From Octopus sinensis (Eukaryota): a stretch of DNA of 64,000 nt. A program made the position numbers and the translations under genes. Shown here piece by piece: positions 34,143 through 46,654 of this stretch. The stretch spans positions 21,018,001-21,082,000 of the forward strand of contig NC_043007.1 of the NCBI RefSeq assembly GCF_006345805.1, written 5' to 3'. The notes under the pieces are model-generated. The model had not been told where the DNA came from and did no database searches. It saw only the letters and a list, made by a program, of their open reading frames with translations. Within the stretch, counting starts at the first letter, position 1, and every line of letters starts with the position of its first letter.

Positions 34143-34763
34143 TATACTTATATAATGATATGGAGAGAAGAGAGAGAGAGAGAGAAGAGATGCAGAGAGG
34201 GAAGGAAAACAGAAGAGACTCAAGGTGACTACGACATAAATCCAGAGAAAGCAGGGGGAGGGAAGGGAAGGAGGGAGGGAGGGCAGGGGTGGGGCTGGAG
34301 TGGGAGCGACGGGCAGAGACTTAAAGGTGCAAACCACGGCAAACACACACGGGAGGAGAAGTGAGAGAAGCAGCGAATAAGGGGAAAGATGAGAAAAGTC
34401 TAGAGATAGAAATTAAAAATAGAATAAGAGATGAGATGAGGTATTGATTTGTTATATAAGCACAAGTCTTCAGATGTTTATAGCAGATGAGAAATGTGAT
34501 TGTGAGATGATGTAGATGCTTTTTTTTCCTTTTTTTTTTTTTGCTTTTTATTATTATTATTATCTTCTCATGACTATTGGTGATGTAAATGAAATAAAAA
34601 TGGCGAGAGTGGAATTAATTAGTAAATAGTAGAGTTTTGAAATGTTGAAGTTGCTAAAAGGACAGCAATCTTTTTCATTTTTTTTTTTTGTTTTTTTTCA
34701 TATACAACTGTTAAAGATCATGTTTTAAGATGACCTTTGACATTTTTGAAGGAGCATGGTGCA

Positions 34764-34794
<31 letters not shown>

Positions 34795-34814
34795 ACATCA
34801 ACATTTAACATCTC

Positions 34815-35212
34815 TCTTTTACTCTTTTACTTGTTTCAGTCATTTGACTGCGGCCATGCTGGAGCACCGCCTTTAATCGAGCAACTCGACCCCGGGACTT
34901 ATTCTTTTTGTAAGCCCAGTACTCATTCTATCGGTCTCTTTTTGCCGAACCGTTAAGTAACGGGGGACATAAACACACCAGCATTGGTTGTCAAGCAATG
35001 CTAGGGGGACAAACACAGATACACAAACACACACACGCATATAATATATACGATGGGCTTCTTTCAGTTTCCGTCTACCAATCCACTCACAAGGCTTTGG
35101 TTGGCCCAAGGCTATAGTAGAAGACACTTGCCCAAGGTGCCACGCAGTGGGACTGAACCCGGAACCATGTGGTTGGTAAACAAGCTACTTACCACACAGC
35201 CACTCCTGCGCC
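34815..35212 (-). mobile_element. Full SINE A
   Basis: Family A sequence. Confidence 0.9.
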
Positions 35213-35656
35213 TATGTTTTCCATGCCGGCATGGGTTGGACAGCTTGACAGTATTGTATGGTGTTCATTGACAAGTTTACCACACAGCAGGAATTACTTT
35301 ACCTTCTTTTACTCTTTTACTTGTTTCAGTCATTTGACTGGGTCCATGCTGGAGCACCGCCTTTAATCAAGTAACTCAACCCCCCAGGACTTATTCTTTG
35401 TAAGCCGTCCACCTCTCACCTCCGTAGAAAGAAAAAGTCAATAAAAGGCTGGCAAAGCATTGATACACTTTTTGTTATGTAAAGTTAAATACATAATGGA
35501 ATATAGAGTTCAGCTGAGTGAACAGGATGAATAAACATTTATCTTCTATTGAGGCATAGATATGTATAAGTGTCTGGGTGGGTGGCTGGTTGAGTGAGGT
35601 GTATGTGTGTGTGTGTGTGTGTGTGTGTATGTTTGTGTGTCTGTGTTTATGGCCCC

Positions 35657-35702
<46 letters not shown>

Positions 35703-35703
35703 T

Positions 35704-36348
35704 TTACTCTTTTACTTGTTTCAGTCATTTGACTGCAGTCATGCCGGAGCACCGCCTTTAGTCGAGCAAATCGACCCCAGGACTTATTCTTTGTAAGCCT
35801 AGTACTTATTCTATCGGACTCTTTTGCCGAACCGCTAAGTGATGGGGACATAAACACAACAGCATTGGTTGTCAAGCAATGCTAGGGGGACAAACACAAA
35901 CACACACACACATATACATATATATACATATATACGACGGGCTTCTTTCAGTTTCCGTCTACCAAATCCACTCACAAGGCTTTAGTCAGCACGAGGCTAT
36001 AGTAGAAGACACTTGCCCAAGGTGCCATGCAGTGGGACTGAACCCGGAACCATGTAGTTGGTAAACAAGCTACTTACCACACGGAAACTGAAAGAAGCCC
36101 ATCGTATATATGTATGTATATATATGTGTGTCTGTGTTTGTGCCCCTAGCATTGCTTGACAACCGATGCTGGTGTGTTTACGTCCATGTCACTTAGCGGT
36201 TCGGGAAAAGAGACTGATAGAATAAGTACTGGGCTACAAAATATAAGTCCCGGGGTCGATTTGCTCGACTAAAGGCAGTGCTCCAGCATGGCCGCAGTCA
36301 AAAGACTGAAACAAGTAAAAGAGTAAAAGAGTAAAGAGTAAAAGAGAG
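35704..36348. mobile_element. SINE A (minus, 35704-36082) fused to an inverted 5'-truncated SINE A (plus, 36083-36348)
   Basis: Junction gctacttaccacac|ggaaactgaaagaag. Confidence 0.85.
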
Positions 36349-36622
36349 TTACTGAAGTCATCATCATCATCATCATTATAAGGTGCATTTTTCCATGACT
36401 GCATGGATTGGATGGAGTTTTTTTTACAGCCAGATGCCCTCCTTGTTGTCAACCATCACCTGTTTCCAGGAAAGGTATTGCTTCCCCATGGCCAGACATA
36501 TTCTCACATGATATTGGAAATGACTGACACAGCTTATACGACAGTGACAATCATTTTACAATGATCGTGTAATGTCAAGGCATGTACACACTTATATATA
36601 TTTATGTTTCTCTTCTGTGTAT

Positions 36623-36682
36623 ATTCTACTGATGAGGCAAAGCATTCCTAAATGCAAAGCCAGAAATCCGGGATCTAGAATT
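36623..36682 (+). ncRNA. Degenerate type I minimal hammerhead ribozyme motif
   Basis: attcta CTGATGA ggc...gcc a GAAA tcc gg gga TC tagaat: 6-bp stem I and an AUC site, with one extra A before GAAA. Confidence 0.55.
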
Positions 36683-36769
36683 ATCCAGTAATTTTTTACT
36701 AGTTTCATCTTGTCTCTTTGTTTTCTCTCCGTGTTGATATATGGACAATTAAATGGTTTTGGAGTCAGA

Positions 36770-37640
36770 TCATGGCTGCTATTTTCAGCATGGTGGTATC
36801 TCGTAGATACCCTAATTTATAATTTCAATAACTATCACCTTTGAAGGTTATTTTTTTCCATGCTGACCACTTGATAAAATTGTTATTTCATTTTAAATTA
36901 ATGATCTTACCCTTATTTATATAAATTTATATATAATTAAAAATGAGGGTGTCTAAAAGACACCAACATGCCGAAATAGCAGTCGAAACACTGACTATAG
37001 TACCACGTTAAATGTTCATATCGCACCATGAGGTAAAGCGGAAGGACAAAACATACAAGCAAAATTATTGAATAATTCAAGATCCAAGGATTTCTGGTTC
37101 TGCTTTAGATAAGCTTTACCGTCATCAATTGAATATATCAAGGGTACATAAATACAGATATATATATGCACAGCAAACGATATACTTACATATACAAGCG
37201 TCGCACATACATACGTATGCACGTATGGACACAGCCAGTCACCGCATAAGTACGATATGGTTAAAATAAGCACCGCAGTGAATATAATAACGAATTATAT
37301 AAATTTATATATGAGGATAATATCGATATTTAAGTGTCGAAATTATCAAGTGGCCGGTAAAGCTTATCTAAAGCAGAACCAGAAATCCTTGGATCTTGAA
37401 TTATTCAATAATTTTGCTTGTATGTTTTTCCATCCGCTTTACCTCATGGTGCGATATGAACATTTAACGTGGTACTATAGTCAGTGTTTCGACTGCTATT
37501 TATCGGCATGTTGGTGTCTTTAGACCCCTCATTTTTAATTGTTAAAAATTTTTTTACCTTTGTAAGGTATTTCTTTCATTGGCCACTTGATAATTTCGAC
37601 ACTTAAATATCGATATTATCCTCATATATAATTTATATAT
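36770..37640. mobile_element. Family E nested fold-back locus (inverted repeats 36935-37121/37355-37540 and 37297-37355/37581-37639)
   Basis: The two ORF-track peptides on opposite strands share GKAYLKQNQKSLDLELFNNFACMF because of the inverted repeat. Confidence 0.75.
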
Positions 37641-37655
37641 ATAATATATATTTAT

Positions 37656-38754
37656 ATACTCTTTTACTTGTTTCAGTGATTTGACGTGGCCATGCTGGGT
37701 ACCACCTTTAGTCTAACAAATCGACCCAGGACTTATTCTTTGGAAGCCTATACTTATTCTATTGGTCTCTTTTGCCAAACTGCTAAGTTACGGGACGTAA
37801 CATACACACCATCAGTTGTCAAGCGATGTTTGGGGGGTACAAACCGACACACAATATATACAGACGGACTTCTTTCAGTTTTCCGCTACCCAAATGCGCT
37901 CACAAGGCTTTGGTCGGCCCAAGGCTATAGTAGAAAACACTTGCCCAGGTGCCACGCAGTGGTATGAACCCGGAACCTGTGGTTCGTAAGCAAGCTACTT
38001 ACCACACAGCCACTCCTAGAGGGAGAGAGAGAGAGAGAGAGAGATTGCTTATTTAAATATATATATGACAGACTTCTTTCACTTTCCATCTATTATATCC
38101 ACTCACAAGATTTTAGTCAGCCCAAGGCTATATAGTAAAAGACTCTTGCCTAAGGTATTCATGATGGGATTGAACCCAGAGCTATGTGGAGGGAACAAAC
38201 TACTTACCTCATAGCCACACCTGCGCCTATCATAAATTTATATTGTATCCTAAAAAGTACATCATAATTAATATAGAATTATATCATTTGCTGTATATTT
38301 TTAATTGTTATGATGAACTCAAAATATATGCTGAGATGGATTGATAAACAAAAGTAATTATATGCTTGGATGTTTAAACAGATTATACAAGTGGATATAC
38401 ATGTGTTTAATGAGGCTGTTCTAAGGCCAATTAAACCCTCCCCTTTTTACTCTTTTACTTGTTTCAGTCATTTGACTGTGGCCATGCTGGAGCACCACCT
38501 TTACTCGAGCAAATCGACCCCAGGACTTATTCTTTGGAAGCCTAGTACTTATTCTATTAGTCTCTTTTGCCGAACCAGTAAGTTACGGGGTGGTAAACAC
38601 ACCAGCATCGATTTTAAAGCGATGTTGGGGGGACAAACACAGACACACAAACATAGACAACACCCATACATATATACATACATATACATATATATATATA
38701 TATATAATAATATATATATATATATTATATAATATACATATATATATATAATAT

Positions 38755-38797
<43 letters not shown>

Positions 38798-38988
38798 TAC
38801 ATATATATATATATATACATATATACGATGGCCTTCTTTCAGTTTCCGTCTACCAAATCCACTCACAAGGCTCTCGTTGGCCCGAGGCTATAGCAGAAGA
38901 CACTTGCCCAAGGTGCCATGCAGTGGGACTGAACCTGGATCCATGCGGTTCGTAAGCAAGCTACTTACCACACAGCCACTCCTACGCC
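37656..38988 (-). mobile_element. SINE A cluster: 37656-37998, head fragment ~38060-38230, 38444-38988
   Basis: Family A sequence; the first copy has many 1-nt deletions relative to the others. Confidence 0.85.
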
Positions 38989-39394
38989 ATATGCATATTT
39001 ACTATTTTATGCCCTATTCATTTGTATAGTATAATTCCACTTGAATAAAACTTTTCTTAAAAGAAAGAAGCTTCTTGTTTACTTTGTTGCATTGTTTAGA
39101 ATCCACAATAATACCAATCTTTACCATAACATTAATCATTGCAAAGAATTTGGCAAAAACTGAATTGTAAGAGAAACAGGTGAAAGCCGCCTTCATTTTG
39201 AGTTGGCAGATCACGAGTCTCTGAAAAGAGTTGGAAATGGCAGCGAAAGAACTTTGACGAACAAACAAATTGATCGACTGTTTAACCAACTCATTAAACA
39301 AATGATTGATTAATTAGATAAATACTTAACCAAGTGACTAATAAGAAAGAAGTGGAATTGAACCTGTAGTGTGTTATTATTATTGGCATATTGA

Positions 39395-39677
39395 TCGTTA
39401 CCAGCATCGCCTTACTGGCACCTGTGCTGGTGGCATGTGTAAAAGGATTCGAGCGAGGTCATTGCCAGTACCACCTGACTGGCCCCCTTGCTGGTGACAT
39501 GTAAAAGCACCCACTACACTCTCAGAGTGGTTGGCATTAGGAAGGGCATCCAGCTGTAGAAACTCTGCCAAATCAAGATTGGAGCCTGGTGCAGCCATCT
39601 GGTTCACCAGCCCTCTGTCAAAATCGTTCAACCCATGCTAGCATGGAAAGCGGACGTTAAACGAATAATGATGATGA
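39395..39677 (+). mobile_element. RTE-LINE 3' UTR fragment (family C)
   Basis: Canonical terminus aacccatgctagcatggaaagcggacgttaaacgaataatgatgatga. Confidence 0.85.
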
Positions 39678-40089
39678 CTCTCCCAAGACTCTCCAAAATT
39701 TGTTTCAACACTCAAATTCACACCAAGAACCTCGAAACTATTTTGTAATCAAATAAAACTTATTCCATATATACATAAGCACCCATAAACATTAAGTGGC
39801 CTCTACTTATGAATTTATCTGTCATAAAGCATATCCGAGCAAGTGGCCTTGTGTTATTTCTGAGCCAAGAATGTTAATCTGGTTATCTTAGCTTTGCTGT
39901 CACACAAATAAATACTATTAATCTATGTAACTCCTTTCGTTAAGAGTGCTTTGATTATAAAAGGTCATCCAATAATGAAGTGTTCCTTGATAATAGAATG
40001 AGCTTCATCCGCTTCTTCAGTGAAAAGTAAAATATAAAGCAAAGACATTGATAAATGTGTTAACCCTTTGGTCAGTCCACATTACTTCA

Positions 40090-40316
40090 TAAGGAGCATA
40101 GGGCTGGCTTCCCAGTTTCTCTGGCCTATATATTCTTTCCTGGATGGGACACCAATCTGTTCCAAGATTACTCATTTTTACCAGCTGAGTGGACTGGAGC
40201 TATTAAAAATAAAGTGTCTTGCTCAAGAACACAATGCATCGTCCAATCCAGGAATCGAAACTACAATTTTATGATCATGAGTCCAACACCCAAAACCACT
40301 AAGCCATGCACCTCCA
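40090..40316 (-). mobile_element. tRNA-derived SINE, family D-related with a CORE-like ttgagcaagacactt block
   Basis: tRNA-like head on the minus strand; similar to 49770-50023. Confidence 0.7.
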
Positions 40317-40318
40317 TA

Positions 40319-40979
40319 TTAACCCTTTAGTTACCCTATTTTTGTTCAATCTATTTTGGAAATAATGAATTTAGAAAAATATCTGTCATTATTAAGTAAG
40401 GTGAAAGCAGTGAGCTGGCAGAAACGTTAGCACGCCAGGAGAAATGCTTTGTGGTATTTCGTCCGCCACTGCATTCTGAGTTCAAATTCCACCGAGGTCG
40501 ACTTTGCCATTCATCCTTTCGGGGTCGATAAATTAAGAACCAGTTACGCACTGGGGTCGATGTAATCGACTGAATCCGTTTGTCTGTCCTTGTTTGTCCC
40601 CTCTATGTTTAGCCCCTTGTGGGCAATAAAGAAATAAAAAATGTTAGCACACCAGGCGAAATGCTTTGTGGTATTTTGTCTAAGCAGCATTCTAGCCATC
40701 TTTATGTTCTAAGTTCAAATTCCATAGAGATTGACTTTGCTTTTCATCCTTCCAGGATCAATCGAATAAGAACCAGTCAAGCACTGGGGTCAATGTAAGC
40801 ACCCCTTCCAAAATTTCAGGCCCTGTTCCTGTAATAGAAAGGATTATTAAGCAAGTAGTTTGATGCATAAATTGAAACAAAATTTTGACGGGTTTTAATT
40901 AAGGTCATTTTAAAGTAGGAAATTTTTTTTATCGGAGAACCAAGAGCAGACTCAGGGAGGTTGACATCAAAAAGGTTAA
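40319..40979. mobile_element. TTAA-bounded MITE-like element interrupted by two SINE B-type copies (~40398-40636, ~40640-40850, +)
   Basis: ttaacccttt...aaaaggttaa ends; SINE B body gaggtcgactttgcc.ttcatcctttcggggtcgat. Confidence 0.6.
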
Positions 40980-41399
40980 AATTATAGTTTTAATTGGCAA
41001 GCAAGTACGACTCGTTAGCAAGTCCCATGCTTTCAGTAATTGCTTCAGAAACCCATATAGTTGTGAGCAGACATAGATACTCTCTCAGCCCTTCTGCTCT
41101 TGATCCCAGGGAAGCAACAAAGATGTGAGAACAGGGGAGAGAAATTGAAGGACAGCATCTGCACACAGCTGGTAATTGTTTCAACCAAGTAGACTGGACC
41201 GATATGAAAGGAATTGCCTTGCTCAAGGACACAATGCACTGCCAAGTTCAGGACTTGAACCCCACTCCAAACTTATGACTACGATCCCAACATTCTAACC
41301 ATTAAGCCATGCAGCTTCACAAATGAAATAAATGTTTGCCTTAGTGTATACCAGTGTATATGGGATTTTTCTATCAATATTTTAATCAGTTTATCTATT

Positions 41400-41478
41400 T
41401 GTCTGTCTGTCTCTCTCCTCCCCCACTTCTCTCTCTCTTTCTCAGTTTGTCTGTGTGGCTATCTATCTGTTTATCTAT

Positions 41479-41559
<81 letters not shown>

Positions 41560-41561
41560 AA

Positions 41562-41597
<36 letters not shown>

Positions 41598-42560
41598 TCT
41601 GTCTGTCTGTCTATCTATCTGTCTATCTATCTGTCTGTCTGTCCCTCTACCTACCTACCTACCTACCTACCTAATCAATCAATCAATTAATCTGTCTGTC
41701 TGTCTATATACCTAGCTATCTTATTTCTTTACTGTCCACAAGGGGCTATACACAGAGGGGACAAACAAGGAGAGACAAACAGATTAAGTCGATTATACTG
41801 ACCCCAGTGCGTAACTGGTCCTTATTTAATCGACCTCGAAAGGATGAAAGGCAAAGTCGACCTCAGCGGAATTTGAACTCAGAGCGAAGCGACAGACGAA
41901 ATACTGCTAAGCATTTCGCCCGGCGTGCTAACGTTTCTGCCAGCTCACCGCCTACCTACCCTCTACCTACCTACCTACCTACCCACCTACCTACCTACCT
42001 ACCTACCCACCTACCTACCTACCTACCTACCTACCTAATCAATCAATCAATTAATCTGTCTGTCTGTCTATATACCTAGCTATCTTATTTCTTTACTGTC
42101 CACAAGGGGCTAAACACAGAGGGGACAAACAAACACAGACAAAGGGATTAAGTCGATTACATCGACCCCAGTGCGTAACTGGTACTTAATTTTTTCGACC
42201 CTGAAAGGATGAAAGGCAAAATCGACCTCGGTGGAATTTGAACTCAGGACGTAACGGCAGACAAAATACTGCTAAGCATCTCGCCTGGTGTGCTAACGAT
42301 TCTGCCAGCTCACCACCTTTATACCTAGCTATCTACTTACTTATCTACCTAATCAATCAATCAATCAGTCTATTCATCTGTCTGTCCGTCTGTTGATCTG
42401 TGTGTTTGTCTGTATGCCTGCCTGTCTGTATATCTGTGTGTCTGCCTGCCTGTCTGTCTATGTGTCTGCCTGCCTGTCTGTCTATCTGTGTGTCTGTCTG
42501 CTTGCCTGCTTATCTGCCTGTCTGTCTATCCATGTGTGTCTGCCTGTCTGCCTGCCTGGC
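41400..42560 (-). mobile_element. Two SINE B copies (41722-41953, 42086-42319) embedded in (ATCT)n/(CCTA)n/(GTCT)n tetranucleotide repeats
   Basis: Family B on the minus strand; tatacctagctatct is at about 41708, 42071 and 42320. Confidence 0.85.
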
Positions 42561-42734
42561 TCTGAACTCAGGTACAGACCATGCAACTTCTTAGCAGACA
42601 TGCCAGTTCATGTGATGAGGAGATAAGATAAGTGGACATGTCTTTCTTGAGTGAGTTAAATGCCACGGCCGTGGTACGTTGTAGTTATGAGACAGAAAGG
42701 GATAGTCTGATAAACATCTATAGGAACCAGAAAC

Positions 42735-42828
<94 letters not shown>

Positions 42829-42836
42829 TAATGATA

Positions 42837-42898
<62 letters not shown>

Positions 42899-42915
42899 AA
42901 TAATAATAATAATAA
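42735..42915. repeat. (AAT)n-(GAT)n compound microsatellite
   Basis: Visible. Confidence 0.95.
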
Positions 42916-43166
42916 GGAAATAACAAAGAAGCAGAAAATAAACTTTTGGCAAACAAACTGAGTTAAACAAATATAAAGAAAAATATTGATGAAATATATG
43001 AAAGAAACTATAGAATAACAATCAATACGGAACAAATAGTTGTTTCATATTGATTATTGAATTCAACGGAACCATGGAACTAAATTACTGTGAAAACTAA
43101 GAACTGATAATCTGAGCCATCTGTAATACAGCTAACTATGTAGGAGAGAGAGAGAGAGATCAAGAG

Positions 43167-43198
<32 letters not shown>

Positions 43199-43544
43199 CA
43201 AGGGCGAGAGGGATAGACTGACAGACAGGCAGACAGACAGAGACTGCATGGCAACTGAGACAGCTTAATCAGTTTAATTAGTCCTTTCTTTCTTTGTAAG
43301 AGTAATAAGACAAAAAAAAAAAAACAATAATGTAAAAACAAAAAGGAGAATGCTGAAGATCACTAAAACTATTATTATTATTGTTGTTGTTGTTGTTGTT
43401 GTTGTTATTATTATTATTATTATTATTAGAAGAGTCCTTGAAATTTCTAAAGAGATGGAGAAGACGTCAATATATTAAACATACTGCATGTGCTTGTGAA
43501 TGTATATGTGTGTATTATATATATATTATGTATATATGTAGGTA

Positions 43545-43576
<32 letters not shown>

Positions 43577-43742
43577 GGTAAACAGTAAAAATAATTACAG
43601 ACATGGACAAGAACATGAAACACCACAGAGACGACACAAGAACACAGAAGGACATTCGAAGCCCTCATATCAGTCAAGAACCAGATATCTTAGCAATTTC
43701 GGCTGCTGATATATATATTATATATATATATATAATATAGAT

Positions 43743-43789
<47 letters not shown>

Positions 43790-43856
43790 ATATATATATA
43801 TATATATTATATATATATGTATGTAGTATATATATATATTATATATATATGTATGT

Positions 43857-43888
<32 letters not shown>

Positions 43889-43995
43889 TGTATGTATATA
43901 TATATACATATATGTGTGTGTGTATGTATGTATATATGTATATATATAATGTATATATATATGTATATATATGTATGTATATATATATATATATA

Positions 43996-44032
<37 letters not shown>

Positions 44033-44529
44033 CCCATCTGCCCATCTATCTATCTATCTATATATATATATATATAAAATATATATATGTACACACACAT
44101 ATTTATACATACATACATACTTACATACAAAAGTGTGTGTGTGTATGTGTGTATGTTTGTTTATATGTATCTATGTACATATAAGCAAATACAACCAAAT
44201 ATATGCATGTATGTATATCCACCTAGATTAAGTTGGAAATTCTAGATACACAGATGATGTGAATGCATGCTGTTGGTGCATGTCACTCATATAACAACAC
44301 ATGGTTCCGCAAAGATCAAAAAGAAAAAAAATCAATCATAACATCTTACTCTTCATCACGTACATATTCCATATACATATATTTAAATATGTGCTGAGCT
44401 GGTACAAGTTACACAAGTTAGAACTGGAACACAGGCTTAAACACAGGCATAACATTGTCTTTGTGATACTGTGGAGATGCATGGGCCTGTGGTTATGGTG
44501 CTGCATTCACAGCCAAAAAATCCTGGTTT

Positions 44530-44724
44530 CAATTCTTGGATTGCTGTTGATGACTTTTTCGAACCACAGGATGAAAGCTTCTTCACCAATGGGATCCAAC
44601 ACCAATGGAAGAAGTGTGTGGACCGCAAGGTGGTGAGGACCATGTTGAAAAATAAGCCTCATTTGCTCACATTCCAGGAGAGTATCTTCATCAGCCTATG
44701 AAGGTACTTCAGCCAATCTTCATA
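44530..44724 (+). pseudogene. Mariner transposase 3' end and probable right terminus
   Basis: DDFFEPQDESFFTNGIQHQWKKCVDRK resembles the mariner C-terminal F..GI..L..RW.KCV...G.YVEK pattern; ends in TA. Confidence 0.6.
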
Positions 44725-44735
44725 TCTATCTATCT

Positions 44736-45979
44736 GTCTGATGATGCGCAGACACGCGCTGAGACTGCGACATCTCCGGCTCTATGTAGACGACGGTGAA
44801 CAGGTGTGGTCGCCGTTTGTGAGGCACGCATTCCCGCAACTCGTCTCCATGACCGAACTGCAGTCGTGGATCAAAAAGAGGCCGAGGAAGGGCGAATGGC
44901 ACCGCGAGTGTCGCGTTGCTCTCAAGCAACTCTGCCGTCCCGGATCGACCTTGAGTGACTTCAACACAACCAAAGCATTCTATAGGGGATTAGTGGAGGG
45001 GAGGTACGACGACGATCTCGGGGCAAACCTGGGCATCAACAAGGAATACCTGACCTGCCTGTTTCAAACAACTTTCGGCCCGGGACCTATGGACAACTTC
45101 CAGAGATCCCTGGCCTGGCGGTGCTACCGAGAAGCGCTACCCATTCGGGATAAGCTCTATAGGCATGGCTCGAGAAACACGGGGCCGACCTGCCGGAGAT
45201 GCGGGCAGAGGGACGAAACCGCTCTGCACGCAATCGTGCAGTGTCCAGCAATTTCCGACCTGTGGGCTTATGTCGAACGACTGCTGTCACGTGTGGGACG
45301 TGTCGGTTTATCAGCCGAGTCTATCGTTAATATCGTCACGCCTCCTTCCTTCAAACGGGAAGGAAGAGCTATTTTTATCATACTGTGGCTATGGCGAAAG
45401 AATGTATCTGGTGGACACGCCTGAAAGGATTAGAGACAACACTTTCCTCTCTGGTCAATCTCTCATCAACTTCTCAAGTTTCACTGAAGAGGAAAGTGAG
45501 AGTAGAGAGACAAGTTTTGTCTAGTGATGTTTTAAAAAAAGATGGGGAATGTAGCAAGGATGGCATGTATGGAATGACGAAGCCATCTTGACTATGATTC
45601 TATGAACAGTAAAATTAATACAGAGAGTTGCTTATTTGCAAAAAAAAAAGAAAGAAATATAACATGTGACTTCATTGACCGAGGTTACCGTGGTCTTTTC
45701 CGTAGGCTTTTCTTTCCACAGGTAACCTCACCTGTCCTCCCTTTACACTTCATATGACATTTCTGTGATTACGATCCCTATTGATCAACTTTTTTTTCCT
45801 CTCCCCTTTTCTTTTTTCCCTCTGCCCCTTTTTTTTTAAATCCTCCCCTTTTTTGTCCTCTTTCTTTCCTTTTACGATCCTTTTGATCGAAAACCAACCC
45901 CCTTTTTTTTACCCAAAAAGAAAAGCTCTACCTTGTAATTTGTTCTGTCTGTGTGCAGCCCTGTGTGGCTATAAAGAAA
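44736..45979 (+). mobile_element. 5'-truncated L1/Tx1-clade LINE: ORF2 C-terminus with zinc-binding (zf-RVT-type) motif, one frameshift at ~45385, and 3' UTR; 15-bp TSD
   Basis: SLAWRCYREALPIRDKLYRHG...TCRRCGQRDETALHAIVQCP...LW (C-x2-C...ET..H...C). TSD CATATCTATCTATCT at 44721-44735 and 45980-45994. Confidence 0.85.
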
Positions 45980-45981
45980 CA

Positions 45982-46012
<31 letters not shown>

Positions 46013-46050
46013 ATAATATAATATATAATATATATATATATATATATATA

Positions 46051-46448
46051 GGCGCAGGAGTGGCTGTGTGGTAAGTAGCTTGTTTACCAACCACATAGTT
46101 CCGGGGTCAGTCCCACTGCGTGGCACCTTGGGCAAGTGTCTTCTACTCTAGCCTCGGGCTGACCAAAGCCTTGTGAGTGGATTTGGTAGATGGAAACTGA
46201 AAGAAGCCCGTCGTATATATATATATATGCGTGTCTGTATTTGTCCCCCTAGCATTGCTTGACAACCGATGCTGGTGTGCTTATGTCCCCGTTACTTAGC
46301 GCTTCGGCAAAAGAGACCAATAGAGTAAGTACTGGGCTTACAAAAGAATAAGTCCCAGGGTCGAGTTGCTCGATTAAAGGTGGTGCTCCAGCATGGCTGC
46401 AGTCAAATGTCTGAAACAAGTAAAAGAGTAAAAGAGAGAGAGTAAGAG
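46051..46448 (+). mobile_element. Full SINE A (reference + copy)
   Basis: ggcgcaggagtggctgtgtggtaag...gaaacaagtaaaagagtaaaagag. Confidence 0.9.
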
Positions 46449-46654
46449 TATATATATCAATCTATCTAATCAATTTAATTCATGTTGCAGACTTTTCATA
46501 TTTAGCAGGTCCGGCTGTCAACATCAGCTGATAGTGAATAGCACCTTATATGAATGCATAATTGCATTCTCTTCTCTGCTTTCTCTTGTCTGTTGCAGTC
46601 TGTGTCTCTGTGTGTCCCCTTCTCTGGTCTCCTTTTTTCTTACCCACTCCAGAA

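Noticed and set aside
43655-43712. Hammerhead-like fragments on the minus strand (gccgaaa...ctgatatgagggc); similar at ~23365-23415
   Set aside because: The core is interrupted and I could not form stems I and III.
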